From positions 992,001 to 1,056,000 of the forward strand of contig OZ244958.1 of NCBI GenBank assembly GCA_965222575.1: DNA of 64,000 nucleotides. The letters are read 5' to 3'. The stretch is from Alphaproteobacteria bacterium. GTDB taxonomy: Bacteria; Pseudomonadota; Alphaproteobacteria; G965222575. Positions 29,265-38,955 of this stretch are shown piece by piece. The position numbers and the translations under genes were made by a program. The notes beneath the pieces are model-generated. The model saw only the letters and a list, made by a program, of their open reading frames with translations. It had not been told where the DNA came from and ran no database searches. Every line of letters begins with the position of its first letter. Within the stretch, counting starts at the first letter, position 1.

Positions 29265-29864
29265 ATGAAGGGTATATTTTCGTCTTTGCGTAATACGGTC
29301 TTGTTAGGATTTGTATTCGCCTTGTGTTTATTTGCGTTATATTATTATCAGCAATTTGATTCTATGGATTTCACCTTATTTTTTATGAGGTGGCTTCATG
29401 TTCTGTTTGGCATTATGTGGATAGGGCTGTTGTGGTACTTTAATTTTGTTCAGATTCCCAATATGGGCAAGATTCCGGATGAGCAGAAGCCTGCTATTAG
29501 TAAATTTATTGCGCCTACTGCGCTATTTTGGTTTCGCTGGGCGGCGTTATTAACAGTGTTGACGGGACTTCTTTTAGCCCATTTGAGTGGGTATTTAATG
29601 GATTCTCTTTTATTGGGGGGCTATGGAGGCTTTGGGGTACCGAAGAATATGTTTATTGGTATTGGTATGTGGCTTGGTATTGTGATGTTTTTTAATGTCT
29701 GGGTTTTTATCTGGCCTAATCAGAAGAAGGTCTTAGGGATTGTAGAGGCGAGTGCGGAGGAGAAGGTGAAAGCGGTGAAAATTGCGTTTCTGTTTTCGAG
29801 ACTCAATACCGCCTTGTCAATTCCCATGTTATTTTCTATGGTAGCAGCGCAGAATTTGTACTAA
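29265..29864 (+). CDS. Urate oxidase N-terminal (PuuD-like) membrane protein
   Basis: RWLHVLFGIMWIGLLWYFNFVQIP, ALFWFRWAA, NVWVFIWPNQKK and SRLNTALSIPM; no cytochrome c domain. Confidence 0.78.
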   Translation: MKGIFSSLRNTVLLGFVFALCLFALYYYQQFDSMDFTLFFMRWLHVLFGIMWIGLLWYFNFVQIPNMGKIPDEQKPAISKFIAPTALFWFRWAALLTVLTGLLLAHLSGYLMDSLLLGGYGGFGVPKNMFIGIGMWLGIVMFFNVWVFIWPNQKKVLGIVEASAEEKVKAVKIAFLFSRLNTALSIPMLFSMVAAQNLY

Positions 29865-30382
29865 CTTCCTTTTTTAGGCAGCAAATCGAAGACGATAGCG
29901 GACTTTGTGCGTCGGATAATAGGAGAAGTTTTGACAGTTAAGACGTTGGGTGCTGTTCTTATGTTGTTATCGATGAAGTTATTGAGGTCATCTAGGGAAG
30001 GAGCGATGATACGCAAGAGGAAGTCATTAGAGCCGCTTAAAACATAGCACTCCCGTACAGGCTTCCATGTTTCGATTTTCCTTTCGAAGTCTAAGAGAGT
30101 CTTTTCTGTTTGGTTTGCCATTCCGATGTGTACAAAGGCGCTGACGATGAATCCTAAGGCGGCTTCGTTAAGGTCTGCACGGTATCCTCTGATGAAGCCT
30201 TCATGCTCCAGGAGACGGAGACGTCTGAGGCAAGGTGGGGGTGTTAATCCTAGCTGACGGGACAGTTCCAAGTTTGTGATTCTAGCATTTTTTTGTAGTA
30301 TCTCTAGAATTGTCCAATCGATGTCACTTAATTTTTGGCTTTTTCTCTTTCTAGGAGAAAATGTCGTTTTGTGATTAGACAT
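29861..30382 (-). CDS. Lrp/AsnC family transcriptional regulator
   Basis: IDWTILEILQKNARITNLELS...PPCLRRLRLLE HTH plus RAM domain. Confidence 0.92.
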   Translation of the reverse strand: MSNHKTTFSPRKRKSQKLSDIDWTILEILQKNARITNLELSRQLGLTPPPCLRRLRLLEHEGFIRGYRADLNEAALGFIVSAFVHIGMANQTEKTLLDFERKIETWKPVRECYVLSGSNDFLLRIIAPSLDDLNNFIDNNIRTAPNVLTVKTSPIIRRTKSAIVFDLLPKKGS

Positions 30383-30421
30383 GATATTTTGGTGTTTGCG
30401 GGGGGTTAGGGTTATAGTAAT

Positions 30422-30844
30422 GTGGGGGGTATGGTAGCATTGATAGGAGAAATTGTGTATAAAAATATTATAACCAGAGTGTTGTTAAAGGATTTATGTT
30501 TAAGGGTTTGTGTTGGGGTAAGTGAGGAGGAGAGACTCCAAGCCCAAGAGGTTATGGTACATATTGAACTGGAGATACATCGTTTACGAAAAGAGGATGC
30601 TCTTAGGTCCAGTGTGTGTTATGAATCTGTTTTGAAGGCTGTTTTAGCTAGGAGCAGAGGGTTGAAAGTGAAGCTTTTAGAGACTTTAGGAGAGAAGATT
30701 ATGGAGGTGTGTTTTGCTTTTGAGCCTGTTTGTAGCTGTTTAGTGAGGTTGGAAAAAGTTGAGACTCCTTATTCTCCGGTGTGTTTTTGTGTGGAGGTGT
30801 TTGGTCGGAGAAAGAGTGAAAAAGAGGAGGAGGAGGAGGAGTAA
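30422..30844 (+). CDS. folB: Dihydroneopterin aldolase
   Basis: VGVSEEERLQAQ, SVCYE, KLLETLGE and VRLEK; start uncertain. Confidence 0.8.
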   Translation: MGGMVALIGEIVYKNIITRVLLKDLCLRVCVGVSEEERLQAQEVMVHIELEIHRLRKEDALRSSVCYESVLKAVLARSRGLKVKLLETLGEKIMEVCFAFEPVCSCLVRLEKVETPYSPVCFCVEVFGRRKSEKEEEEEE

Positions 30845-30848
30845 TCAG

Positions 30849-31454
30849 ATGCTGAGAGCTGAGAATATGGTGAGTATTGGTATGTCTACTCCTTTTTCCA
30901 TAGAGGTTTTGAGGGGAGATGTTGCGTTAGTGTGTGGTCCTAATGGCAGTGGTAAGACGACGGTGTTGAGGCATCTTTGCGGGTTGTCGCGCTTGAAAGG
31001 GAGTGTGGTGACTTTGTGTGGGGTAGATGTGTTCAGGCAAATGCGCTGTGGTCATATTCTCTATGTTGGTCACAAACAGGGGGTGTATCCGCAGCTGACT
31101 TTTTTGGAGCAACTGCTTTTGTTTTGCGGTCTTCATAAGGGGGTGGTGGGGGGTGAGGATAGGGAGAAGAGTTTGGGTGTTCTTGAACGCATGGGGCTTT
31201 GCGCTTATCAGAGCATTTCAAAGGCCTCTGAGGGGGAAAAAAAGCGGTTGGGACTAGCAAAACTTTTGCTCTTAGAGGCGACGCTTTGGGTATTAGATGA
31301 GCCTTTTTCTTCTTTGGATAAGGCGGGAAGGGTGTTGTTGGGAGAGCTTTTGGAAAGCCATAGAGAGAAGGGGAATATTGGAGTGGTTGCAGAGCATTAT
31401 GTGGAGGAATTTTCTTGGGATAGGCGTTTTGTGTTAGGAGAGGAAAATGTTTAG
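30849..31454 (+). CDS. ccmA: Heme export ABC transporter ATPase
   Basis: GPNGSGKTT, YVGHKQG and WVLDEPFSSLD; upstream of ccmB. Confidence 0.85.
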   Translation: MLRAENMVSIGMSTPFSIEVLRGDVALVCGPNGSGKTTVLRHLCGLSRLKGSVVTLCGVDVFRQMRCGHILYVGHKQGVYPQLTFLEQLLLFCGLHKGVVGGEDREKSLGVLERMGLCAYQSISKASEGEKKRLGLAKLLLLEATLWVLDEPFSSLDKAGRVLLGELLESHREKGNIGVVAEHYVEEFSWDRRFVLGEENV

Positions 31455-32097
31455 ATTGCTGATGAAAAAAGAGCTTATCATCTTGTGGCAAGGAGGTGTG
31501 GGGGGGGTATTGCCTTTTTTATTTCTTTTGTTTCTCTTTTTTTTGCTGTCTTTTTCAGTGAGGGATGCTCAGGTTCTGTCAATTGCTGCTCCCGGGTTTG
31601 TTTGGCTTGTGGTGATGAGTTGTACGGTGATTTCTTTGGAAGGCTTGTTTGCGCAAGAAAAAGAGCAAGGAACTTTAGATATTTTGAAGTTTAGTCCTCT
31701 TCCGTGGTCTTTGTTTGTAGGGATAAAAATAGGCTGTTTGTGGGTTGTCTCTTGTGTGCCTGTTATGGTGGCAGTACCGTTGGCGGGATTAGCGTGGTCT
31801 TTGCCTTTTGAGGTTCAGGTGGGGCTATTATTAAGTTTATTGGCAGGCACTCCAGCAGTGGTGGCTCTTGGTGCTGTGTTTGGGGCCTTAGGCTTATGTT
31901 GTGATAGGGGGCGTGGGTTTGTGCCTTTTTTGGTAATGCCTTTGTATATTCCTATAGTGATTTTTGCTCTTCAGGTTGTCCATGCTGTGGTGGCGGGAGA
32001 GGATGTGCTGCCTTTTTTGGGGTGGCTTTTAGGGATGAGTTTCTTATCTTTGGGTATTGTGCCCCCTTTGTGCGCCTTATTGCTTAAGGAGGTATGA
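31447..32097 (+). CDS. ccmB: Heme exporter membrane protein B
   Basis: APGFVW, LFAQEKEQGTLD, SLLAGTPA and LVMPLYIPIVIF. Confidence 0.88.
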   Translation: MFRLLMKKELIILWQGGVGGVLPFLFLLFLFFLLSFSVRDAQVLSIAAPGFVWLVVMSCTVISLEGLFAQEKEQGTLDILKFSPLPWSLFVGIKIGCLWVVSCVPVMVAVPLAGLAWSLPFEVQVGLLLSLLAGTPAVVALGAVFGALGLCCDRGRGFVPFLVMPLYIPIVIFALQVVHAVVAGEDVLPFLGWLLGMSFLSLGIVPPLCALLLKEV

Positions 32098-32098
32098 G

Positions 32099-33112
32099 AT
32101 GTATAATGTGTGTGTGGTAGGGGCTACAGGCAATATTGGTCGCAAAATGGTGTCGCTTTTAGAGGCGTGTAACTTTCCTGTTAGAAATTTAAGGCTTTTA
32201 GCATCTGTGCAATCTGCTGGGCAAACTCTCTCTTTTCGAGGACGGAAGATTGCTGTTGCTGCTCTTGAAGGGTTTTCCTTTGAGGGGATGGATATTGCGC
32301 TGTTTTCTGCTGGCGGTAAGGTCTCTTCTGTTTATGGGCTAAGAGCAGTGGAAGCGGGATGTTTTGTCATTGATAATTCCTCCTATTTTCGTATGGACTC
32401 AGAGGTTCCTCTGGTGGTACCTGAGTGTAATCCAGAAGCTGTTGGGGGAGCGAAAAAGCGGATTATTGCTAATCCTAATTGTTCTACGATTCAGCTTGTG
32501 GTGGCGTTAAAACCCTTTGAGGATTGGGGGAAAGTTCTTCGAGTGGTGGTGACGACTTTTCAGTCGGTTTCAGGGGCTGGCAAGCGTGCTATGGAGATAT
32601 TGCATGCACAAACAAAGGATTACTTGCTAGAGGGGGAGATGAAAGAGAAAGGTGTCTTTCCGCACCAGATAGCTTTTAATGTTCTTCCACAGATAGGAGA
32701 TTTTGATGGGAGAGGGAACACGGAGGAAGAGTGTAAGATGGTGCGTGAGATTCCAAAGATTTTAGGGAGGGACATTGGCGTATTTGCTACGTGTGTGCGC
32801 GTGCCTGTTTTTGTTGGTCATTGTGAGGCGGTGTGTATAGAGATGGGGAAGGAGATTTCTGTGGAGGAAGCGTCTAGGCTTTTACGGGCGGCGCGGGGTG
32901 TGGTGTTAGCGGATGATGACAATTCTTATGCGACGCCGCTGGATGTTGCGGAAAAGGATGGTGTATTTGTTGGACGGCTACGGAAGGACAGGTCTGTGAA
33001 GAGGGGTCTTGGGTTTTGGGTAGTGGCGGATAATTTGCGTAAGGGAGGAGCATTGAATGCGGTAGAGATAGCGCAGTTATTGGTAGAAAAGTCTTTGTTG
33101 AGGGGCAGATGA
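32099..33112 (+). CDS. asd: Aspartate-semialdehyde dehydrogenase
   Basis: VVGATGNIG, IIANPNCSTIQ, QSVSGAG and DNLRKGGALNAV. Confidence 0.95.
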   Translation: MYNVCVVGATGNIGRKMVSLLEACNFPVRNLRLLASVQSAGQTLSFRGRKIAVAALEGFSFEGMDIALFSAGGKVSSVYGLRAVEAGCFVIDNSSYFRMDSEVPLVVPECNPEAVGGAKKRIIANPNCSTIQLVVALKPFEDWGKVLRVVVTTFQSVSGAGKRAMEILHAQTKDYLLEGEMKEKGVFPHQIAFNVLPQIGDFDGRGNTEEECKMVREIPKILGRDIGVFATCVRVPVFVGHCEAVCIEMGKEISVEEASRLLRAARGVVLADDDNSYATPLDVAEKDGVFVGRLRKDRSVKRGLGFWVVADNLRKGGALNAVEIAQLLVEKSLLRGR

Positions 33113-34080
33113 AAAGAGTGGTGGTTTTATTTCCCGGTCAGGGGTCTCAATTTGTTGGGATGGGGGAGTCTTTGGCGGCATTTTCTGGGGCGGCGCGGGA
33201 CATTTTCAGGCGTGCGGATAAGGTATTGGGAATGTCTTTATCCTCTGTCATGGCGCGCGGTCCGGCAGAGGAATTACAGGCAACCCATCATGCCCAACCT
33301 GCTCTTTTGGCGGTGAGTATAGCAGTACTAGAAGCACTTAGGGAGAGAGGGAGTGACCTGATAGAAGGTGGGCGGACAGCATTTGTGATGGGACATTCTG
33401 TGGGGGAGTATACGGCTTTATGTGCTGCGGGGGCTGTGTCTTTAGAGGACTGTGTGGCTTTGTTGCGGAGAAGAGGGGAGGCTATGGGAGAAGAGGGGAA
33501 GAAAGTGCTGGGCGGTATGGTAGCTTTATTGGGGGGGGATGAAGGGGGTGGAGAGGCGTTGGCGAGACGTATACAGGAGGAAAGAGGGGGGTGTTGTGTG
33601 GTTGCGAATGATAACTGTACAGGACAAGTTGTGCTCAGTGGTGAAAAATCCAACATGCAGGCTGTGGTAGACCTTGTTCAGCAGGGGGGTGCTAAGGAGT
33701 GGGGTATTAGTAGGGCGGTAGCTTTGTCTGTGAGTGGGGCTTTTCATTCGCCTCTTATGTCTCCTGTGGTAGGGGTTTTGGAGAAAGCGTTTGAGAGGGT
33801 GTCTTGGGGTTTTCCTTGTGTCCCGGTGGTGAGCAATGTTTCTGCGCAGCCGATACGGAGTATTGAGGTGATAAAACCTCTTTTAGCGCAACAGGTAGCG
33901 TCAAAGGTGAGGTTTAGGGAGTCGTTAGAGACTGTTTTGCGTCAAAAAGTTGATGCTTTTGTGGAAGTAGGTGCTGGCAAAGTATTGGGGGGGCTTGTGA
34001 AGCGCATGGGGTTTGGGGGGGTGATTTATCGTCTTGAGACCCCAGAGGATATTGTACAATTTTCCGACCTCTACGGGTAG
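33109..34080 (+). CDS. fabD: Malonyl-CoA:ACP transacylase
   Basis: FPGQGSQ, GHSVGEY and VSGAFHSPLM. Confidence 0.95.
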   Translation: MKRVVVLFPGQGSQFVGMGESLAAFSGAARDIFRRADKVLGMSLSSVMARGPAEELQATHHAQPALLAVSIAVLEALRERGSDLIEGGRTAFVMGHSVGEYTALCAAGAVSLEDCVALLRRRGEAMGEEGKKVLGGMVALLGGDEGGGEALARRIQEERGGCCVVANDNCTGQVVLSGEKSNMQAVVDLVQQGGAKEWGISRAVALSVSGAFHSPLMSPVVGVLEKAFERVSWGFPCVPVVSNVSAQPIRSIEVIKPLLAQQVASKVRFRESLETVLRQKVDAFVEVGAGKVLGGLVKRMGFGGVIYRLETPEDIVQFSDLYG

Positions 34081-34667
34081 AGCAGCTGACTTTTCCAGTT
34101 ACCGTTTTTCTCTTGGAGGTAATAACGGCGGGTGTGCAAACGGTTATTGCCTTCTTGCCAAAATTCTATTTCTTGAGGCTTCAGAAAGAATCCTCCCCAG
34201 TGTGTTGGTCTTTTTATGGGCAGGCGTTGCTTTTGCTCTTCATAGGATTTGTGTAACTCCTCTTGGGATGCGAGAGGCTCGGATTGTTTCGAGACCAACG
34301 CTCCTATCTGGCTATTGATAGGCCTTGAGGCGAAATACTTATCATTTTCCGCTTCTGGCAGGAGATGGGCTTTCCCTCTTATCCGCACTTGGCGCATAAG
34401 AGATTTCCATAGAAAGCAAAGAGCGCATAAGGGATTCTTTTTCAATTCCATAGCTTTAACGCTCTTGAGATTCGTATAAAAACAGAGGCCGTCTTTGTAA
34501 AAGCCTTTGAACAGAACAATACGAATATTTGGCAGGCCATTTTTTCCTATAGTTGCAAGAGACATAGCCTGTGGATTGTTGATTTCCTTCAGTGTCGCTT
34601 CTTCAAACCATTGCTTGAAGCCTTCCAAAGGCTGGGGGCTATGGGTTAGTAAGGAAAAAAGTGCCAT
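34071..34667 (-). CDS. pdxH: Pyridoxamine 5'-phosphate oxidase
   Basis: RIVLFK, FYTNLKSVK, YFASRP, PTHWGGF and EFWQ...RLHTR. Confidence 0.93.
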   Translation of the reverse strand: MALFSLLTHSPQPLEGFKQWFEEATLKEINNPQAMSLATIGKNGLPNIRIVLFKGFYKDGLCFYTNLKSVKAMELKKNPLCALCFLWKSLMRQVRIRGKAHLLPEAENDKYFASRPINSQIGALVSKQSEPLASQEELHKSYEEQKQRLPIKRPTHWGGFFLKPQEIEFWQEGNNRLHTRRYYLQEKNGNWKSQLLYP

Positions 34668-34969
34668 CTTTTGAGTGAGTCCTATAAAAAGACAGTTTAA
34701 CAAAAACTTTGTAATTTGCCTATTTGTTCTCTTTTCTTTCTTGTTGGTTTTTGTACAATACTTTTATGACTAAGAAAACCATTGATGCGAAAAGTTGACG
34801 CTAGAGAAAGCTGTAAGCGGAGAGTTAGAAGAAGCGATTGAGAAGGGAGAAATTAAAGAGTGGAAGATGGTGTAGAAATACGCTATGGATTAGGAGAGAA
34901 AAAGTTGTGGAGGGCATGATAGAGTGTCAAAAGAGAGATTTTTAAGGATAATTAAAGATAAAGAGGTGC

Positions 34970-36394
34970 TTGATGTTTTTAGATTGTAAGACTCCTTCGG
35001 ATGTATTGGACGCACTTAGGAAACATAAGATAGAGATGGTGAGTTTGAGGTGTACGGATCTTTGTGGCAAGTGGCAACATGTGACTCTGCATAGTTCTGT
35101 TGTGGATGAGAAGGTTTTTGAAGAGGGGATTTATTTTGATGGTTCGTCTATTGGGGGATGGAAAGCCATTAATGAGTCGGATATGTCTCTTGTTGCGGAT
35201 GCTGAGACTGCTGTATTGGATCCTTTTACGACGACGCCGACTTTGATTATGTGTTGCACTGTTCAAGAGCCGACTACGGGTAAGGCTTATAGTCGTGACC
35301 CTCGTGCTTTGGCTAAGCGTGCTGAGGCGTATATCAAAATGGTAGGGATTGCTGATACGGCTTATTTTGGTCCTGAGGCGGAATTTTTTATTTTTGATGA
35401 TGTTCGTTTTGATATTAAGCCGAATCATATTTTTTGTCGCACTGATGATGTGGAGAGTCCTTACACGGGAGGGGAGGCTAAAGAGGGGGGAAATTTTGGA
35501 CACCGTCCTCGTATAAAAGGGGGGTATTTTCCTGTTGCCCCTGTTGATGGGGGACAGGATATGCGTGCTGAAATGCTGAAAACCTTGAAAGAGATGGGTT
35601 TAAAGGTAGAAAAACACCATCATGAAGTTGCCCCTAGTCAACATGAATTAGGCATTGGCTTTGATTCTCTGCTGAAGATTTCCGATTCTTTACAGGTCTA
35701 TAAATATGTTGTTCACAATATTGCTGAGGCTTATGGGAAAACAGCGACTTTTATGCCGAAACCTATCTGGGGGGATAATGGCAATGGTATGCATGTGCAT
35801 CAGTCTCTTTGGAGACAGAACACCCCTATTTTTGCTGGAAATGCGTATGAGCGGTTGTCTGAGTATGCCCTTTACTATATAGGCGGCATTATTAAGCATA
35901 CAAGAGCGCTTAATGCGTTTACTAATCCGGCGACGAACAGTTACAAGCGTTTAGTGATGGGATTTGAGGCGCCGGTGTTGTTGGCGTACTCTTCTAGGAA
36001 TCGTTCTGCGGCCTGTCGTATTCCTCATGCTTTAGGAGCGGAAGGGCAACGGGTTGAGGTGAGGTTTCCTGATCCGGCCGCAAACCCTTATTTAGCTTTT
36101 TCTGCTATGCTGATGGCAGGAATAGATGGCATTCGCAAGAAAATACATCCCGGGGAGGCTATTGATAAGAATCTCTATGATTTGCCTTTGGAGGAAGTGA
36201 AAGGAATTAGAACGGTGTGTAAGTCTTTGGAAGAAGCCCTTGAAGCGTTGAAGGAGGATATGGAATTCTTGTTAGCTGGAGATGTCTTTTCGAAAGATTT
36301 GATTGAAGGCTATATCAGTATTAAAGAGCAGGAAATCCAGCAATTACGTCTGATTCCTCATCCTGTAGAATATCATTTGTATTATAGTGTTTAG
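34970..36394 (+). CDS. glnA: Type I glutamine synthetase
   Basis: FDGSSIGGW, HHHEVA, TFMPKP, NSYKRL and RVEVRFPD; adenylylation motif NLYDLP. Confidence 0.97.
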   Translation: MMFLDCKTPSDVLDALRKHKIEMVSLRCTDLCGKWQHVTLHSSVVDEKVFEEGIYFDGSSIGGWKAINESDMSLVADAETAVLDPFTTTPTLIMCCTVQEPTTGKAYSRDPRALAKRAEAYIKMVGIADTAYFGPEAEFFIFDDVRFDIKPNHIFCRTDDVESPYTGGEAKEGGNFGHRPRIKGGYFPVAPVDGGQDMRAEMLKTLKEMGLKVEKHHHEVAPSQHELGIGFDSLLKISDSLQVYKYVVHNIAEAYGKTATFMPKPIWGDNGNGMHVHQSLWRQNTPIFAGNAYERLSEYALYYIGGIIKHTRALNAFTNPATNSYKRLVMGFEAPVLLAYSSRNRSAACRIPHALGAEGQRVEVRFPDPAANPYLAFSAMLMAGIDGIRKKIHPGEAIDKNLYDLPLEEVKGIRTVCKSLEEALEALKEDMEFLLAGDVFSKDLIEGYISIKEQEIQQLRLIPHPVEYHLYYSV

Positions 36395-36397
36395 AGC

Positions 36398-37591
36398 TTG
36401 AGCATTCTGTCTGATATTGTTCAAAATATAAGCCATGCGGCTACTCTTGAAGTAGCGGCTTATGCGCGGTCTCTTAGAGAGCAGGGGAAAGATATTATTG
36501 ATTTGTCTTTGGGGGAACCTGATTTTGAAACGCCGGATGAAGTGAAGAAGGCAGCCTATGAGGCGATAAAGAGGAATGATACCCGTTATACCTCTGTTGC
36601 TGGCACGCCCGCTTTGAGACAGGCTGTGGCAGACAAGCTTCGTCGTGATAATGGTCTTGTCTATGAGATAGAGAATATTATTGTGGGAAATGGGGTGAAG
36701 CAAGTGCTTTATAATGCTTTAAGTGCAACACTTAATCCGGGAGACGAGGTCATTATTCCAGCGCCTTTTTGGGTTTCCTATCCTATGATGGTGGCATTAG
36801 CGGGAGGCAACCCGGTCATTGTAAAAACCCCCTCTTCACAGGACTTCAAAATCACCCCCGATGCCTTAGAAAAAGCCATTACACCTTCTACTAAGTGGTT
36901 GATTTTGAATTCTCCTTCTAACCCTACGGGGATGGTGTATTCGGCAGAGGAGCTCATGGCCTTAGGAGAGGTGTTAAACGCTACAAAGGTCTATATTTTA
37001 ACTGATGAGATTTATGAACACTTGGTCTATGGTCACCCTTTTGTCTCTTTTCTAACGGTGAATCCTCAGTTGCGGAACCGTAGTCTTGTGGTCAACGGCG
37101 TGTCTAAGGCCTACAGTATGACAGGATGGCGTATAGGGTATGGTGCTGGACCAAAAGAGATTATCGCTTCAATGCTTAAAGTTCAGGCTCACAGTACAGC
37201 TTGTGCTTCTTCTATCAGTCAGGCAGCAGCTAAAACGGCGTTAACGATGAATCAAGGCTTGTTAGAAGAGCGTTGTCGGGTTTTTGACGAAAGACGACAA
37301 AAAGTCATGCAGTGGATTGAGAAAGTGCCTTATCTTGATGCTAATAATCCCCAAGGGGCGTTTTATGTTTATATGTGTTGTCAAGACTTGATAGGCAAGA
37401 CATTGCCTAATGGAAAGGTGTTGCGAAATGATAAGGATGTCTCCTTATATTTTTTGGAGAAAGCGCAGGTTTCTTTAGTATGTGGTGCTGCATTTGGTCT
37501 TAGTCCTTATCTCCGTCTTTCTTATGCGACTTCTCTTTCTTCTCTGGAAGAGGCTTTAAGGCGCATGGAAGAGGCTTTGAAATGTTTGTAA
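36398..37591 (+). CDS. Class I PLP-dependent (aspartate) aminotransferase
   Basis: GEPDFETP, NSPSNPTG, DEIYEHL and SKAYSMTGWRIGY. Confidence 0.92.
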   Translation: MSILSDIVQNISHAATLEVAAYARSLREQGKDIIDLSLGEPDFETPDEVKKAAYEAIKRNDTRYTSVAGTPALRQAVADKLRRDNGLVYEIENIIVGNGVKQVLYNALSATLNPGDEVIIPAPFWVSYPMMVALAGGNPVIVKTPSSQDFKITPDALEKAITPSTKWLILNSPSNPTGMVYSAEELMALGEVLNATKVYILTDEIYEHLVYGHPFVSFLTVNPQLRNRSLVVNGVSKAYSMTGWRIGYGAGPKEIIASMLKVQAHSTACASSISQAAAKTALTMNQGLLEERCRVFDERRQKVMQWIEKVPYLDANNPQGAFYVYMCCQDLIGKTLPNGKVLRNDKDVSLYFLEKAQVSLVCGAAFGLSPYLRLSYATSLSSLEEALRRMEEALKCL

Positions 37592-37645
37592 TTTGTAAGT
37601 GGAAAAGCAGTTGATATGCAAGAGGAAGTCATGATAGCATAGGGT

Positions 37646-38311
37646 ATGGGTTTTTTATATGAGAGGAGTGTAGCAAAAGTGCTCAAGCGCTTATTTTTCC
37701 TTTTAGCGGTTGTTTTTTGTCATTCTGCCCAAGCTAGTGAGATAGACTATAATGTTGAAATGGCATGGGGAGATAGTGTTGCCCCTGTAACGGTTACTCA
37801 ATACTCAGTTTATTGGTGTGGGGCTTGTACTTGGTGGCATCTGGAGCAGTTTTCGGACTTTCAGGAGCAATACATTGCAACAAAGAAAGTACGGTTTGTG
37901 CGGCGGCATTTGACCCATGGGTATGAAGGAGAAAAACTAGCGTCTCTGATTGGGCGTTGTGGAGGGGGAGATTTTCATCGTGATATGGCTCATGAGTTCT
38001 ATGAAAAATATGCAGAATGGGGGCGGAGTTCTGATAGGTTGTCCGCACTTATAGACCTTGCCATTAAAAATGGTCTGTCTAAGGAAAGGATTGATGTGTG
38101 TCTAGAAAATCAAGAGCTTAAGGATTTTGTGCACAGAGAATTTTCTCTTTTTCAACGGCAAGAGTGGCTTAAGGAGCACGAAGTGAATGCTTATCCTACC
38201 TTTTATATTGAAAATGAGGAGGGCGAATCCTTTATGGTGGTAGGGGGAGATACGAAAAAAATCATTGAGATTATTGAGAAGTTTTTAAATGTGGAGGAGG
38301 ATACCGACTAG
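37646..38311 (+). CDS. DsbA-like thioredoxin-fold protein
   Basis: GDSVAPVTVTQYS..CGAC; cis-Pro loop AYPTF. Confidence 0.82.
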   Translation: MGFLYERSVAKVLKRLFFLLAVVFCHSAQASEIDYNVEMAWGDSVAPVTVTQYSVYWCGACTWWHLEQFSDFQEQYIATKKVRFVRRHLTHGYEGEKLASLIGRCGGGDFHRDMAHEFYEKYAEWGRSSDRLSALIDLAIKNGLSKERIDVCLENQELKDFVHREFSLFQRQEWLKEHEVNAYPTFYIENEEGESFMVVGGDTKKIIEIIEKFLNVEEDTD

Positions 38312-38329
38312 TCGGTATGTGCTAGTACT

Positions 38330-38914
38330 ATGTGGAGAAGATTGAGGAAGAGTAGTGGGCTTTTAGTGATAGTGTTTCTTCAGATGGGGTTACCTTCTGA
38401 GGGACAGTCTTGGTCTAGGGGGGATATGGTGTTAGGGAATCCCTCTGCGCCGGTACAGATTATAGAATATGCCTCTTTAAGTTGTACATCTTGTCAACAT
38501 TTTCACCTTAATGTCTTGCCAGAGGTTAAGAGGCGTTGGATTTCCACTGGGCAGGTTTCTTGGGTTTTCAGGGATTTTCCTCTTGATAGGCAAGCTGTTG
38601 TAGCGTCTATGCTGAGTAGATGTGGTGGGGATAAGAAGCGTGCAGGGTTGGTGACATTTTTTTTCAAGAAGTTGCCCCAATGGCTTCATTCGCAAGAGGA
38701 TAAACTTGTGCAGTTCGCTGTGATTGCTGGGCTTTCTAAGGACAAAGTGAAAGGGTGTCTTGAAGATAAAAAGTTAGAAGTTAGCGTCTTACAGTCGCGT
38801 TTAGATGGGGTAAAAAAGTATAACATTCGTGGGACGCCTACCTTTGTGTTGAATGGCAGTGTTATAAAAGGAAGCCTTACCATAGAAAAATTAGAAGCGC
38901 TCATAGAAAAATAG
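38330..38914 (+). CDS. DsbA-like thioredoxin-fold protein
   Basis: GNPSAPVQIIEYASLSCTSC, FRDFPLD and GTPTF. Confidence 0.88.
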   Translation: MWRRLRKSSGLLVIVFLQMGLPSEGQSWSRGDMVLGNPSAPVQIIEYASLSCTSCQHFHLNVLPEVKRRWISTGQVSWVFRDFPLDRQAVVASMLSRCGGDKKRAGLVTFFFKKLPQWLHSQEDKLVQFAVIAGLSKDKVKGCLEDKKLEVSVLQSRLDGVKKYNIRGTPTFVLNGSVIKGSLTIEKLEALIEK

Positions 38915-38955
38915 CCCCCTTGAGATTCATGAGGAGGAGTGTTTAGGGAAGCGGG

